64,000 nucleotides of DNA from Eledone cirrhosa. Taxonomy: Eukaryota. Each line of letters begins with the position of its first letter. Within the stretch, counting starts at the first letter, position 1. Location: the NCBI GenBank assembly GCA_964016885.1, contig OZ024740.1:351788001-351852000 (forward strand), in the 5' to 3' direction. Positions 27,178 through 39,083 of this stretch are shown here, in pieces. A model generated the notes under the pieces. The model was not told where the DNA came from, did no database searches, and was given only the letters and a program-made list of their open reading frames with translations. The position numbers and the translations under genes were made by a program.

Positions 27178-28699
27178 AGTGTCATCTACTATGATCGCTG
27201 GTTAACCATTGCCTTGTCAGTGAAATGTGTTAGACTGAAACTGTGTGGAAACTTGTTTTATATCATCACCATTTAATATCTCTTTTTGATGATGATGATG
27301 ATGATGATATATGTGACAGGTTTCCACACACACACAAACATATATATGTGTGTGTGTGTGTATATCCATGTCTATGTTTATGTTTATTGTTTGTTTATGT
27401 CTTGTAACTTAGAAGATCAATAAAAATGAATAAAATAAATACCAGACTTGGAAACATATCAATCCTGGGGATCAATAAGACAGACTAAATCCCTTGAAGC
27501 ATGGCAGCAGTCTAATTAATGAAACCAGTAAAAGAATAAAAGAATCTCTAGCTGAATAAATTGTCTACAAAATGTTCATCCATCCTACATGAACATGTTC
27601 TGGTAATATGTAATGTAACACCAATAAGGCCCAAATTGGGTCTTTTTTAAAAATCATTTTCTAAAGCATTGAGCAAATTTGAATCGTGAAAGTATGTTAG
27701 CTTATTTTAAGCTGCATCAATGCAGGTTTCATTATAAAATAATCAAATAAGTTGGGTATATACCCCCATCCCATCCTGAGAAGAAAAGAGTGTACAGACT
27801 CCTTAGGGGTATATGAGGTCAACTTGTACAACTACATTGTAAACTGCATTGTAGCAGCTTACAACAAGCTAAGATACTTTCAAAATAAATTATTAAGTTT
27901 TAATTACAAAAACCGACCAAAAAAACCATTCCATGATTTGACTTACATTCCATAAACAATATGAATGTATGTCTTCCTCAAAGACATCTCAAAGAGATTT
28001 TGAAATGTGAAGAATTTTACCAAGAAAAGGAGTAGTAAAAAAAAGAATAATTACACATGTACTTCATTATAAAAGTAAAGATGTAAAAGAAAAACCAATA
28101 GATAATAACAATAATAATAATGATGATGATGATGTAGATGATGATGATGAAATAAAGAACACAAAGTATAGTTTATATATTTGGAATCAATGTTCTCTTT
28201 ATGGATATAACTCTAAACATATGTTGCAGTACATTTTTCTTTCTCAATCTTACGAAAGACAAATTTTTAGATTAACAGAACAAATCTAGTTCTGTTTTCC
28301 AAGGAAATTCACGTATTCTTCAAAATAAATATATAAATAAAAACACAAACATAACACTTTTAAATTTATCACATTTTGTATTCTATGAAATGTTAGCAAA
28401 ACAAAAACATTAAAAACAAACACTCAGAATGACATGTTACTTAATATGTTTTTCAAATAATCAAAAATGTTATGTTTAGAAATTAATTGAAAACTATGAA
28501 AATATGCAAATACACACATATACATATATATATATATATGCAAATAATAACTGAAGTGAAATTCAACTGGTGTGTGTCTGTCTTTATTAGCAGCATGACC
28601 CTCTCAAAGTATCATCACCATTGTTTTTAGATCAACATTTCCATACTGACCTAGATTGGACGAGACATGGTAGCAGGGACATCCATTCTTGAGTAGGAA

Positions 28700-29020
28700 G
28701 GAAGCTAGGGGGTATTTTTAATGAGATCCTGAGTTGAAAAGTAATCATTTATATTTTGGAAGTATGATCTCCAATGCAACAGGATGTCTCTTGATTCAGT
28801 GAAAATTGTTGTATCATCTTTCAGCTTAAGGCCTCCCACAGATGACCAGGTAGGGCCACAAATCTCTTTAGTCGTAGCATAGAAACAATGCATATTTTTT
28901 TTTGTCAGCATATTGTTTGACTTCTTCAGCCTTTGCTTGCCACCATCTATTTTTGAGTACTCATAGACATTTCTGATATAGCTTTGTCACTTCTTGAAAG
29001 TGAATTCTATTCTCTGATGA
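28700..29020 (-). pseudogene. Decayed RTE-like LINE fragment (linker between endonuclease and RT)
   Basis: KEICGPT...LKDDTTIFTESRDILLHWRSYF resembles the K.IYGP....DG..LLTD...IL.RW..HF motif. Confidence 0.55.
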
Positions 29021-29436
29021 TGAGTTATCAAGTGTAAGTGGGCTAACTTTTCTGTTTGATTAAATGTGATATTTTTATGTCAATCCAGATTGTTGTGTAT
29101 CTGCAGAAATAATTGTCACTGTTGTTTTACCTAAAATTACTCTGAGATTAATGACTATCACTCACTTTAACTACCTCAATTACTTTACCTTTACCCATTT
29201 TTTCAGTAAACAATATGCCTACCCCACATAACCCATGACTGTTACCAACCCAAAAGATTTTGAGGATTCTAGCTAAGACTCTACAAAGCAGACATTCAGG
29301 TGATTTTGCTCTACCACATCTTCAATCTCATCTGACCTACTTTTCATCATGCCAACATTGATGGTGGCAGACCTGAACGTTTGGAATATAGATATGTGGA
29401 GGAGATAATTTTGGAGCTTGAATTGTTTAGTATTGG

Positions 29437-29475
<39 letters not shown>

Positions 29476-30262
29476 CACCTCATTACAAGCTTCTCCAAAG
29501 TTCCTATCTACCAAATTGACTCACACAACAACGGTCAGCCTAAGGCAGTAGAAAATACTTGCCTGCCCTGCCCAAAGTGTGATCAAACCCAACGCGATGT
29601 TTGGCAGCAAAGTGAACTTCTTAACCACACAGTCATGCCTACACCTAAATATCATTAGTTTCAGTTAACAGTATAGCAGTGATTTGTGAACCTGAAACAA
29701 CTTACTTATAAATAACTGGACAGACTATTAATAGATCAAATTAATTCAAATAATTAAATGCTCATCTGCATCAAGTGAAATGGTTTGGATTTGAGGTTTC
29801 AATTTAATTATTTTTCTTCAAGGGATTGGATGAAATTGTTTTCTCTTAGGATATATTCATAATATCAATCAATTATAGAGAACATTGAATTTCCTATACT
29901 AGTAATAGAGGAAAATTCCACTTCAAACATCTCATCTTTTTTCTTTTATTTCAAAGTAAAAGGAATGGTCACATTTATTCAATATAACACAATAGATGGA
30001 ACATTGCTCCTATGAAGCATATACTTTCCTAAATTATAATTGTAAAATTTAGGAAATTCAACGAGTCACTCGGTTATAACTTTCCTAATAACATTAGTTT
30101 GTGTCCAGTCATCAGAAATACTATTACTACCATTACTTATAACTACCACTGCACCACCAACTTACTTCCAACAACTATAATTGCTGCTGCTACTACTACT
30201 ACAACTATTGCTGCTGCTGCTCCTCCTACTGCTACTACTATTACCACTGCTAATGATAATAA

Positions 30263-30690
30263 TAATTGTTTCTACTTTTGGCACAACGCCAGCAATTATA
30301 CCAGTGTATTACCGGTACTTTATTTTATCGAACCCATAAGGATGAAAGGCAAAGTTAACCTTGGCGGGATTTGAACTAAGAATGTAACAGGCTGTAACTC
30401 TCCACTGCAAAGCAGGGTGTCCGACCCTCTACCTATACTGCCAATCCACCGCCCTAATAATGATAATTGTTTCTAATTTAGACACAAGGCCAGCAATTGG
30501 AAAGTGAGAGGAAAGTCAATTAAATTGACCCCAGTGCATTACTGGTACTTTATTTATCGACTCGATATGGATGAAAAGCAAAACCAACGTTGGCGGGATT
30601 TGAACTCAGAACGTAAAGGGCCGCAACTCTATGCCACAAAGCATAGTGTCTGACACTACCTATACTGCAAATCCACCATAATAATAATAA
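30263..30690 (-). mobile_element. Two tandem SINE family A copies
   Basis: Reverse-complement matches to the family A consensus, joined through (AAT)n. Confidence 0.85.
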
Positions 30691-32812
30691 TAATTCTTAA
30701 GATTAATAACTGATAAATGTTTTAAAAAGTTAGAACAGCAAGGAAACTTAAAAAGAATATATTTTTTTAATCTATAAACATCTGACAAACAAATTAAAAA
30801 GAAAACAAAGGAAACAAAGGAAAAAAAATAATTCCACAAAACATACCATAAAATGAATAGAAATCATAAAACAAACAAAAAAATTAACATTTAAAGATGA
30901 AATGTCCTTTAAATGAACAGAATAAAAATAATAATATTTAATCAAAAGTGAAAGACCAACATAACAAGCATTAATCACTCATTTAGGAGATATTTGTTTG
31001 GGGTAATTTCAAAAACTAATTGACCATTTGATGAAAATATGATAAATGTGATTCATTAAATTAAAATTTAACCCTTCTTTCATCAAACGCCAGTTGGTTA
31101 AGACTGTTGATACCTCTCATATGCAATATCTTCTTCATATTTTTACAAAACAAAATCCAGAAGCAAAAACAGAAATTATCTCTACATTAATACTATGAAG
31201 GCCCGGAAGCAAGTAATTGATTTTATTGCTAGGAATTTATTACAACATCATGATCATTACCGTTTTACATCCATGTTTTCACGCTAGCATGGGTTAGACG
31301 GGTTGTTCTGTTGTGGGCAATGTTAGGTCAAGTGACCATGTCTTGTTCATACAGAACTGATTTTGGCTTGGTTTCTACAGTTGGATCCCCTTCCTAATGC
31401 CAACCTCATTTACAATGAGTACAACAGTGATGAAGAATAATTATTTCTAACATTGGCACCAAACCAGTAATTTGGGGGAAATGATAGTCGATTATATTGA
31501 CTCAAGAAGGGTGAAAGGTCAAGTTGACCTTAACAGGATTTGGACCCAAAATGTAAAGTGTTGGGAGAAATATTACAAAATATTTTGACTGATGCTCTAA
31601 TAAATCTGCCAATACACTACACTATAATAACAATTTAATAATGGATGATAGCTGATAAAATAATTTAGCAAAAGCACCCCACCCTTCTATTTATATTAAA
31701 AATTTTCCAGAAATATAGTCAAAATAACTACTGTATTCTTCTGTTTATTACGCACATTCATGTATAACAAGCACCCCTTTATGACCAGAAAACATGAGTG
31801 TGTGTCCATGAAGCATATACACATACACAAGGTCCAAACACAAAAGAACCAAACTCCAACTGTCACATTCTCCATATCTCACTATTATGAGCAAATGGGG
31901 GCCCATGCATTGGTCACCCAACAGCTCTGGCAGATGCAATGGAGAAGGTGTTTCCCCAGAGGATGGTGAAGGGATGTGCTGGAAGAGCCATTCCAGCACG
32001 CTAGGCTCACACCAGCGGGTAACCAACTCTATGCCAATGGTGATGAGCATGGAGGTGGTCCTAGGTCACCAGAAGTCTCCACTGCCACAGGCTTGCCCAC
32101 AAACCTGTCAGAGAGCGGCCAATATTTGGAGAGTTTACCCTCCTCAGCCCAATGTACAGCAGCAGAAAACTGTCTGGAAAAGTCTAGTTTTGGTGTATAA
32201 CATGCAAGAGAAACCAGGACATCTGCCACTGGCTGTTCAAGCTAGAGAACATTGATGAATGTAGAGATATATGTACAATATGTTATTTTCCAATAAAGAG
32301 ATAATTAGACAGTTAATGAAATTTTTGACAATTGTGACATGAGAATCTAATTCTTCTGCTGGCTGTTTTCTTGGGAACAGTTCTGAAAAACGCTGGAAAC
32401 ATTTAGTTATGGTGTATACCTTGCACCCTCCAAACCAACAAGGAGAAAGATAAAAAGAAACTGTGTGGGATACAGGAAGAATACGGCATAGCAAATATTC
32501 CACTTGTAATTGCTAAATGAAGTATGTCATCATACAAATAAACATTTCATAAGGAATCTTGATTTTCTTGACAATGTGCCAAACCAGACTTTCAAAGAAG
32601 GGTGTGGCATACTGAATTAAAATAAATCACATTATATTACTGGTACCTATTTGTCAATCTAATAAGAATTAAAATAGAAAAATGGAGCTACTGCTAATTA
32701 GTCATAGCCAAGTCAAGCATGCACTATATGCAAATGAACTTCTCCAGCAGATTTTTTATATACAAAAAATATATAAGCTATAACTTATTTTAATCTCAGT
32801 ACTGAGGGAATA

Positions 32813-32863
32813 AGTGTCACTGATGATGGACTAAAAAATCCTGAAACACTTGTGTCTGGTATT
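32813..32863 (+). ncRNA. Minimal type I hammerhead ribozyme-like motif
   Basis: AGTGTCA-CTGATGA-T-GGA-ctaaaaaa-TCC-T-GAA-ACAC-tt-GTGT-C/TGGTATT. Core intact, stems I/II/III can pair, GUC triplet (cut after 32856). Confidence 0.6.
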
Positions 32864-33484
32864 CTTACATAGCTACTGAGATACCTGTGACATGAAGACA
32901 GCTTAAAACAGTTACAGTGGGACTTATATATGTCTATTATACATAAAAGTATACATGTTTTTATTATACTTTGGGAAGTATATGTTTATTAGACAAAAAC
33001 ATGTCTTCATATAGTCCTCTATTATTGCTTCATTATGTCAATGATTTCATTCCTTAGTTAAAGTGGCTTAAAACATAACATACAAACACATAAAAGCGAT
33101 AACAAGCAAAATAATATGATATCTAGTGATGATAAAGATGGTGGCATTATGGCGGTGATGCTGCTGCTAATGAGGATGATGATAATGTTATTGGTGAAGA
33201 TTATCATGGTAGAATGGGTGATGGTGATGGTGACAATGCTGCTGCTGATGGTGATATTGCTGAAGATGTTGGTAGTGATGGTGATGAAAACATTTCATTA
33301 TCATCCAACTGGCATTCTAACTGTGACTATCTCATCTTTTTTTTTCTTGCATACTATATCCAAAATGGTTGGCTAAAGATTGGAGGAAATTTGGTTGGTA
33401 TTTTTAGCAGGTCAAACAACAGTTTATATAGACAGTTTATATAGGATGGGGAATCAATATAATCATAAGCAAATAGATAATTAC

Positions 33485-33556
33485 CGGATATTGTTAACCC
33501 CAGAGTACATCCTTCTGTTTTAAAAAGTTCCACTATGGCTATGCCTCTCCGTTCTT
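33485..33556 (-). CDS. GRIP1: GRIP-like exon, start of PDZ1: EERRGIAIVELFKTEGCTLGLTIS
   Basis: Acceptor ttttctctttacag|, donor G|gtaatt, 72 nt. Resembles vertebrate GRIP1 [24 protein letters not shown] (recalled). Confidence 0.92.
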
Positions 33557-33752
33557 CTGTAAAGAGAAAAATAAATTTCATCATCATCATATTCAATAAC
33601 AATGTACACAAATATCTTTCCATCCATCCATTCATAGGCCCTTATCTCCAGATGGAGTTCTAGGGGGGTGCCATCATAACAACTAACATATCTTTGAAAT
33701 TCAAACCTGACAGAGCCCTTCCTTCTTCATGTCTGAGCACAACTGATCACTT

Positions 33753-33788
<36 letters not shown>

Positions 33789-33790
<2 letters not shown>

Positions 33791-34301
33791 TTCACCGTAT
33801 TTTTGACTAAAGAAATTTTAGCCTGATAATGGGGTTTAGAACCCTCAGATAAATGGAAAAAGATGAGTATTGACGTACATGGGAGTCGAACCCACATCTT
33901 TGGTTATCCAGACCACTGTGCTACCATTTCACCAACACATCACCCATCTCCTTCCATTCAAATTAGAAGCTACATTCTTAGCGAGTATAAATGACAAGTA
34001 AGTATGTTTTGAAACAGTGAGCAGGTTTGAAATTAGAAAATAGAATAGCTTTCACTGTATTTTTGACAAAAGAAATTTTAGCCTGATAATGGGGTTTAGA
34101 ACCCTCAGATAAATGGAAAAAGATGAGTATTGACGTACATGGGAGTCGAATCCACATCTTTGGTTATCCAGACCACTGTGCTACCATTACACTATCAGGC
34201 TACCATTACATTATCAGGCTAAAATTTCTTTAGTCAAAAATACGGTGAAAGCTATTCTATTTTCTAATTTCAAACCTGCTCACTGTTTCAAAACATACTT
34301 A

Positions 34302-34303
<2 letters not shown>
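33789..34303. mobile_element. (TA)n-flanked partial tandem of a 260-bp unit ending in an inverted segment
   Basis: ctttcac.gtatttttgac starts at 33789 and 34049. 34210-34303 is the reverse complement of about 33996-34091. (TA)n at 33755-33788 and 34304-34348. Confidence 0.9.
33871..33941 (-). tRNA. tRNA-like cloverleaf (pseudo-tRNA, nominal anticodon GGA) inside the 260-bp unit; partial second copy about 34131-34188
   Basis: GATGTGT/GTACGTC acceptor stem, D arm GTGAAATGGTAGCAC, anticodon arm TGGT-CTGGATA-ACCA, T arm GTGGG-TTCGACT-CCCAT. T37 and a short variable loop argue against a functional tRNA-Ser. Confidence 0.55.
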
Positions 34304-34351
<48 letters not shown>

Positions 34352-34414
34352 ACAATGAATGAGATATGTAAAATGACTTGCCTTTGTTATTATTGTTAAA
34401 AAACTATTATATAA

Positions 34415-34622
34415 TATATGTGTATAAGAGGGATAAACTGTAGTGTGTGAGAGAAAAGACTGCGTTGGTATGGACGTGTGATGCGCATGGAAGATGACCG
34501 TTGGGTGAAGAAGAGCCAAGAAATCCCAGTGGAAGGAAGACAGAGTAGAGGAAAACCACAAAAAAACATGGACGGAGATGGTGATAGCTGATCTTAGATT
34601 GTTGAAGCTCACAGATGATGAT
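34415..34622 (+). mobile_element. RTE LINE 3' fragment
   Basis: Translates as RERRLRWYGRVMRMEDDRWVK...EGRQSRGKPQKTWTEMV. Confidence 0.8.
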
Positions 34623-36488
34623 CCAGTGAAATACAAACCTATGATTTATGTACCTAATATCTAATGGAACCAATCACCGGATCTCACTGAATTACATTCT
34701 GTTGGATTACATTGAGTTCTAACTATGATATAGACCCTACTGCGAAAGGTAGTCCACATTGTGTGTGTGTGTGTGTGTGTGTGTGTATAAATTAAAAGTG
34801 ACAAAGGCTCTGTGTGGTAACTAATAAATATTTAGAAAATGTAAGAGAAACACAAATATAAGGACAATTCCCACTCTTTGGATGTCTACTGTGGGTCGCT
34901 GATGTTTCGACGCATTTAACACGGTACATCTAACCACAGTGCATTGATAACTAAGAATAAAACAACAACAAAATAGAGACGATAGTGAAAAGAACAACAG
35001 AAAAAGAAAATAAACAAAAGAAAAACACGAGACAGTAGTACATGTAAGTTATAGTAACCAGTGGGAGAGAGGGAGAAGTTAAAAAGGAGACTGAACATAA
35101 GTCCTGAATCCATATTAACAGCATGAAGAGAACATAACCAGTGGGAGAGAGGGAGAAGTTAAAAAGCTGTCTACTGCAACTTACATGTACTACTGTCCTT
35201 TCTTTTTAAGACAGTAGAATGTGATTTGAGGGAGATTTTAGTGCTATTTCTAGCAAGTTGAGAGGTAACGTAGAAGCTTCCTCACTGGTTCCATTCTAAT
35301 TATCAGTAATACACTTGGATTGATTTTGCCAACTCTAACCCTTCTTAAAAGCTTATGATCCATTAAAAAAATATACACAAATAACAATAATAAAAGTAAT
35401 AATTTCTAACATAGGTACAAGGTCAGCAATATGGGTGGTGGAGACAATTGATTAAATTAACACTAGTATATGACAGGTGTGAAGGTATGTGGCTTTGTGG
35501 TTAGGGTGTTCGGCTTACGATTGTAAGGCTGTGAGTTCGATTCCTGGCACTCCAGTCCAATCAGCTGGCAAAATTGTGTTGTACCTGTAATTCGAAGGGC
35601 CAGTCTTGTTACATTCTGTGTCATGCTGAATCTTCCTGAGAACTACACTAATGGTATGTATGTTTGTGGAATGCTTAGCCACTTGCACATTAATTTCACA
35701 AGTAGGCTGGTCTGTTGATCGTATCAACGGGAATACTCATCGTGGTACTGTATTTTATCAAGTTAGGAAGGATGAAAGGTAAACATTAACCTCAGTGGGA
35801 TTTGAACTCAAAATATGATGATCCAAAACAAATACCACAAAACACTTTTCCAACACTCTAATGATTCTGCCAATATGTAGCCATCATAATAACAATAACA
35901 ACATCGCATCTCAACATTGTTAAAAATTAGCACATGATGCTCTCTCTCTCCTCCCTTTCTCTTACATTTTAACTCCTCCCACTCCTCATACATTATCTCA
36001 TCATTAATAATAATAATAATAATAATAACAACAACAGCAACAACAATAACAACAATAATAACAATAATAATAATGATAATAATAAAATCATTGCAGTGTG
36101 ACATCAATGTTTGCATTATCAAAATCCAACACACAATTCTAACATCATCATCATCATCATAATAATAAAAAAAACCATCAGCTGGTTTTAAACTGCAATA
36201 CCAGAGAGAGCTAACCTATCAATTATTGATTCTTTAGATTCTTATACTAGCAATAACATCTCACAAGTATCTCTTGGACACTAGTTCTTATTCATAATCA
36301 TATGACTCATTCCTGAGTTTTTTTCTTTGTTATTGTAAGCAACACTAATTCAAAAACAACTTACTATTAGTAGAAATTGAAATTTTGTTTTTATTATCAC
36401 TATCATTTGTTTTCATACTTCTTATTTCATATTTTATCATCTGAATATCTATACATTTGAAAGTGTGCATTCTATATGTGATCTGTAC

Positions 36489-36535
36489 TTTCCTGATGAT
36501 TTCTTTCGAATGAAACAGTTCTAGTCCTGTAGAAG
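36489..36535 (+). ncRNA. Minimal type I hammerhead ribozyme-like motif
   Basis: TTTC-CTGATGA-T-TTC-tttc-GAA-T-GAA-ACAG-ttctagtc-CTGT-A/GAAG, GUA triplet (cut after 36531). Related copy at 41365-41411. Confidence 0.55.
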
Positions 36536-38110
36536 CTATTTCTGTATTAAATTTATTAAAATAACAGATTAAAGTTTAAGCGAAGAATCGCTGCTTTCAC
36601 CCTTAACAGGATCTTCTCAAATATTTGATATATATTTGATATATATTTATCCTTATCGAGCCCTCTTTGGATTTTAGTCTTCAAATTTATTATTATTACT
36701 ATATATATATAGGTGTCATGACTAAAAGCACCCAGCCCACACTGTAAAGTGGTCATGTAGGAGTCACAACAAAAAGCAGCCAGCACACAAGGTAAATGTG
36801 GTTGGCATTAGGAAAGGCATTCAGCTGTAGAAATCTAACGAGAAACAATCCTATATGAGCAAGACACGGTCACCTGATCCAACTTGCCTTTAATGGGATA
36901 ACCCGCCTAACCCATGCTAGCATGGAAAACGGATATTAAACGATGTTGATGATATATACATATATATATATATATATAGGAAGGGCATCCTGATATAGAA
37001 ACCATACCAAAACATTGTGTCAATGACATGGTAGAGCACATGATCATATGTAAGTAAGATGCAGGCTTTTGGCTCATCTGAGAGATCCATAGCTCTGCTT
37101 GAGTACTAACTCATTCTGTATAGACCGGTCCAACCTTTGCAAACAGGAAAACAGACGCTAAATGGCAATAATGATGATGATATGTATATCATATAAGAGG
37201 ACACAAGCCCACACCATCGTCTCCCTAACCCTTCTCCATTCCCCCTTCACCAGTCTTTATACCTTGCCCTCACCAACTAAATATTCTACTCACCTCTAAC
37301 TTGCATAATCCCCTTCCCCACCTTCCATACTCTTTGGGTATCCATGCATACAAACCCATGCATATAAACATGGAAAGCTGGACATGCTCCAAAATTGCCC
37401 TCCCCACTCCCATAATGCCTGCTGCCAAGACAAAGAGCACTTTGTCCACCCTGTATGGCAATCTGGTGTCACAACAAAAGTACCTAGTCCATTCTGTAAG
37501 TTGGTCATACTGATAACATGATAAGAGGCAGCTCCGAATCCTGTAAGGTGGTTCAGTTGATGACAGGATAAAAGTCGTCCAGTCCATCTTGTATAGAAGT
37601 TGTGCTGGTGACATGAGAAAAAGCACCCATTCCACCCTGTTGGATGGTCGTGCTGGTGACATGAGAAAGAAAAATGCACTCAGTCTATCCTGTAAGGTGG
37701 TTGTGTTGGTGCCACAGCAAACAGCACCCAGCCCATCCTGTAAGGATACAACAATGGTCATTTTGGTGCCCCAATAAAAAAGCACCCAGTCCAAACTGTA
37801 ATGTGGTTGGTGTTAGGAAGGGCAAGCCAAAATACAGATCTGTATAAGCAAACCATGATCTCCTGACTTGAATTGTTTTATAACACAACAAACCATCTAA
37901 CACATGCAAGTATGGAAATTGTACATTAAATGATGATGATGATATATATATATAAATAATATATGATATTATCATTACCAACCACTTTACAGAGTGTACT
38001 GGATACACTTTATCATGGCACGAACCCTAGATAAATGGTTGTGGCCTGGACTATCTATCTCTATATATATATATAGATAGTCCAGGCCACAACCATTTAT
38101 ATCATCATCA

Positions 38111-38142
<32 letters not shown>

Positions 38143-39039
38143 ATCGTCGTCGTCATCGTCATCGTCATACGTCCGCTCTTCCCTGCTTGCAATATATTGG
38201 GACCACCATGTAAATTCGCATATCTAAGGAGGTTTCGATTAAGAGTCGGGATCCGGTTGTCTGATCAAACCTGAACTGATTGATATCAAAACAGTTGTAA
38301 TATGCAATAAAGTTTCATAACAAGCTGCAAACCTGACTTCTTATTCTCTCTCTCTCTCTATATATATATATATTTATATATATATATATATATATATATT
38401 GATAAAATCCCAATGGAGTGCCCACTCTGTTTCCACTGTCAGCTGGCTTTGAGTTGTTTATTCCTAGTCAGAGTTCAGGCCAACCTCATCAAGGGGAAAC
38501 AATCCTTTTATTTAGTTGATTCAATAATGTCATGGTGGGGTAGTCCTTTGTTACATAGGAGTGTTCTGGTCATTGCCATGGTTACTGTACATAGTGTCCA
38601 GAATTAATGAGTAGCAAAGGGTGTGGCTACATTCCAACAGGGGTATGGACATCAGGGTTTCAGGTGTGTAGATGGAGTGGGACATATAAAGTGGGTATTG
38701 TAGTATCTCAAAGACTTGGTGTGAAAAGCTAGGATAATATTGGATTTTTTCACAGAACTACCTCAGGCATGATGTGTGAAGCCAGGCTTGACCATAGTGG
38801 TATTCTAATTACATTTGAAGTTGTACACTATGCAGCTTAAGTGTAAGATACAGTTGTATCAGTATATATACAGAATAAAGGTAACCATGACTGTGTAAAT
38901 ATGTATATAAATTTACACATTTTTAGTATTTAGACATGTCAAAATTTCTTGATTTTTATTAATAAATTGTTCTATTTAACTGACAAAAAAAGATGCCAAA
39001 TATGTTTCCCTGTAAATTAAAAAAAAAAAATGGTAATCC

Positions 39040-39083
39040 CCTTTAATCGATTTTCAGAACTAGTTGGGTCCTTCATCAGAAAG
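39040..39083 (-). ncRNA. Minimal type I hammerhead ribozyme-like motif with palindromic stem III
   Basis: Minus strand CTTT-CTGATGA-AGGAC-ccaacta-GTTCT-GAA-AATCGATT-A/AAGG, UUA triplet (cut after 39044). Confidence 0.62.

Noticed and set aside
33116-33444. Met/Val- or Asp/Gly-rich ORFs and the many YIYI/CVCV/HTHT ORFs in the track
   Set aside because: They are translations of (GAT)n, (TA)n and (CA)n microsatellites.
33871-33941. Functional tRNA-Ser(GGA) gene
   Set aside because: Short variable arm, T37, three G-U pairs in the acceptor stem and location in a tandem repeat. Kept only as a tRNA-like module.
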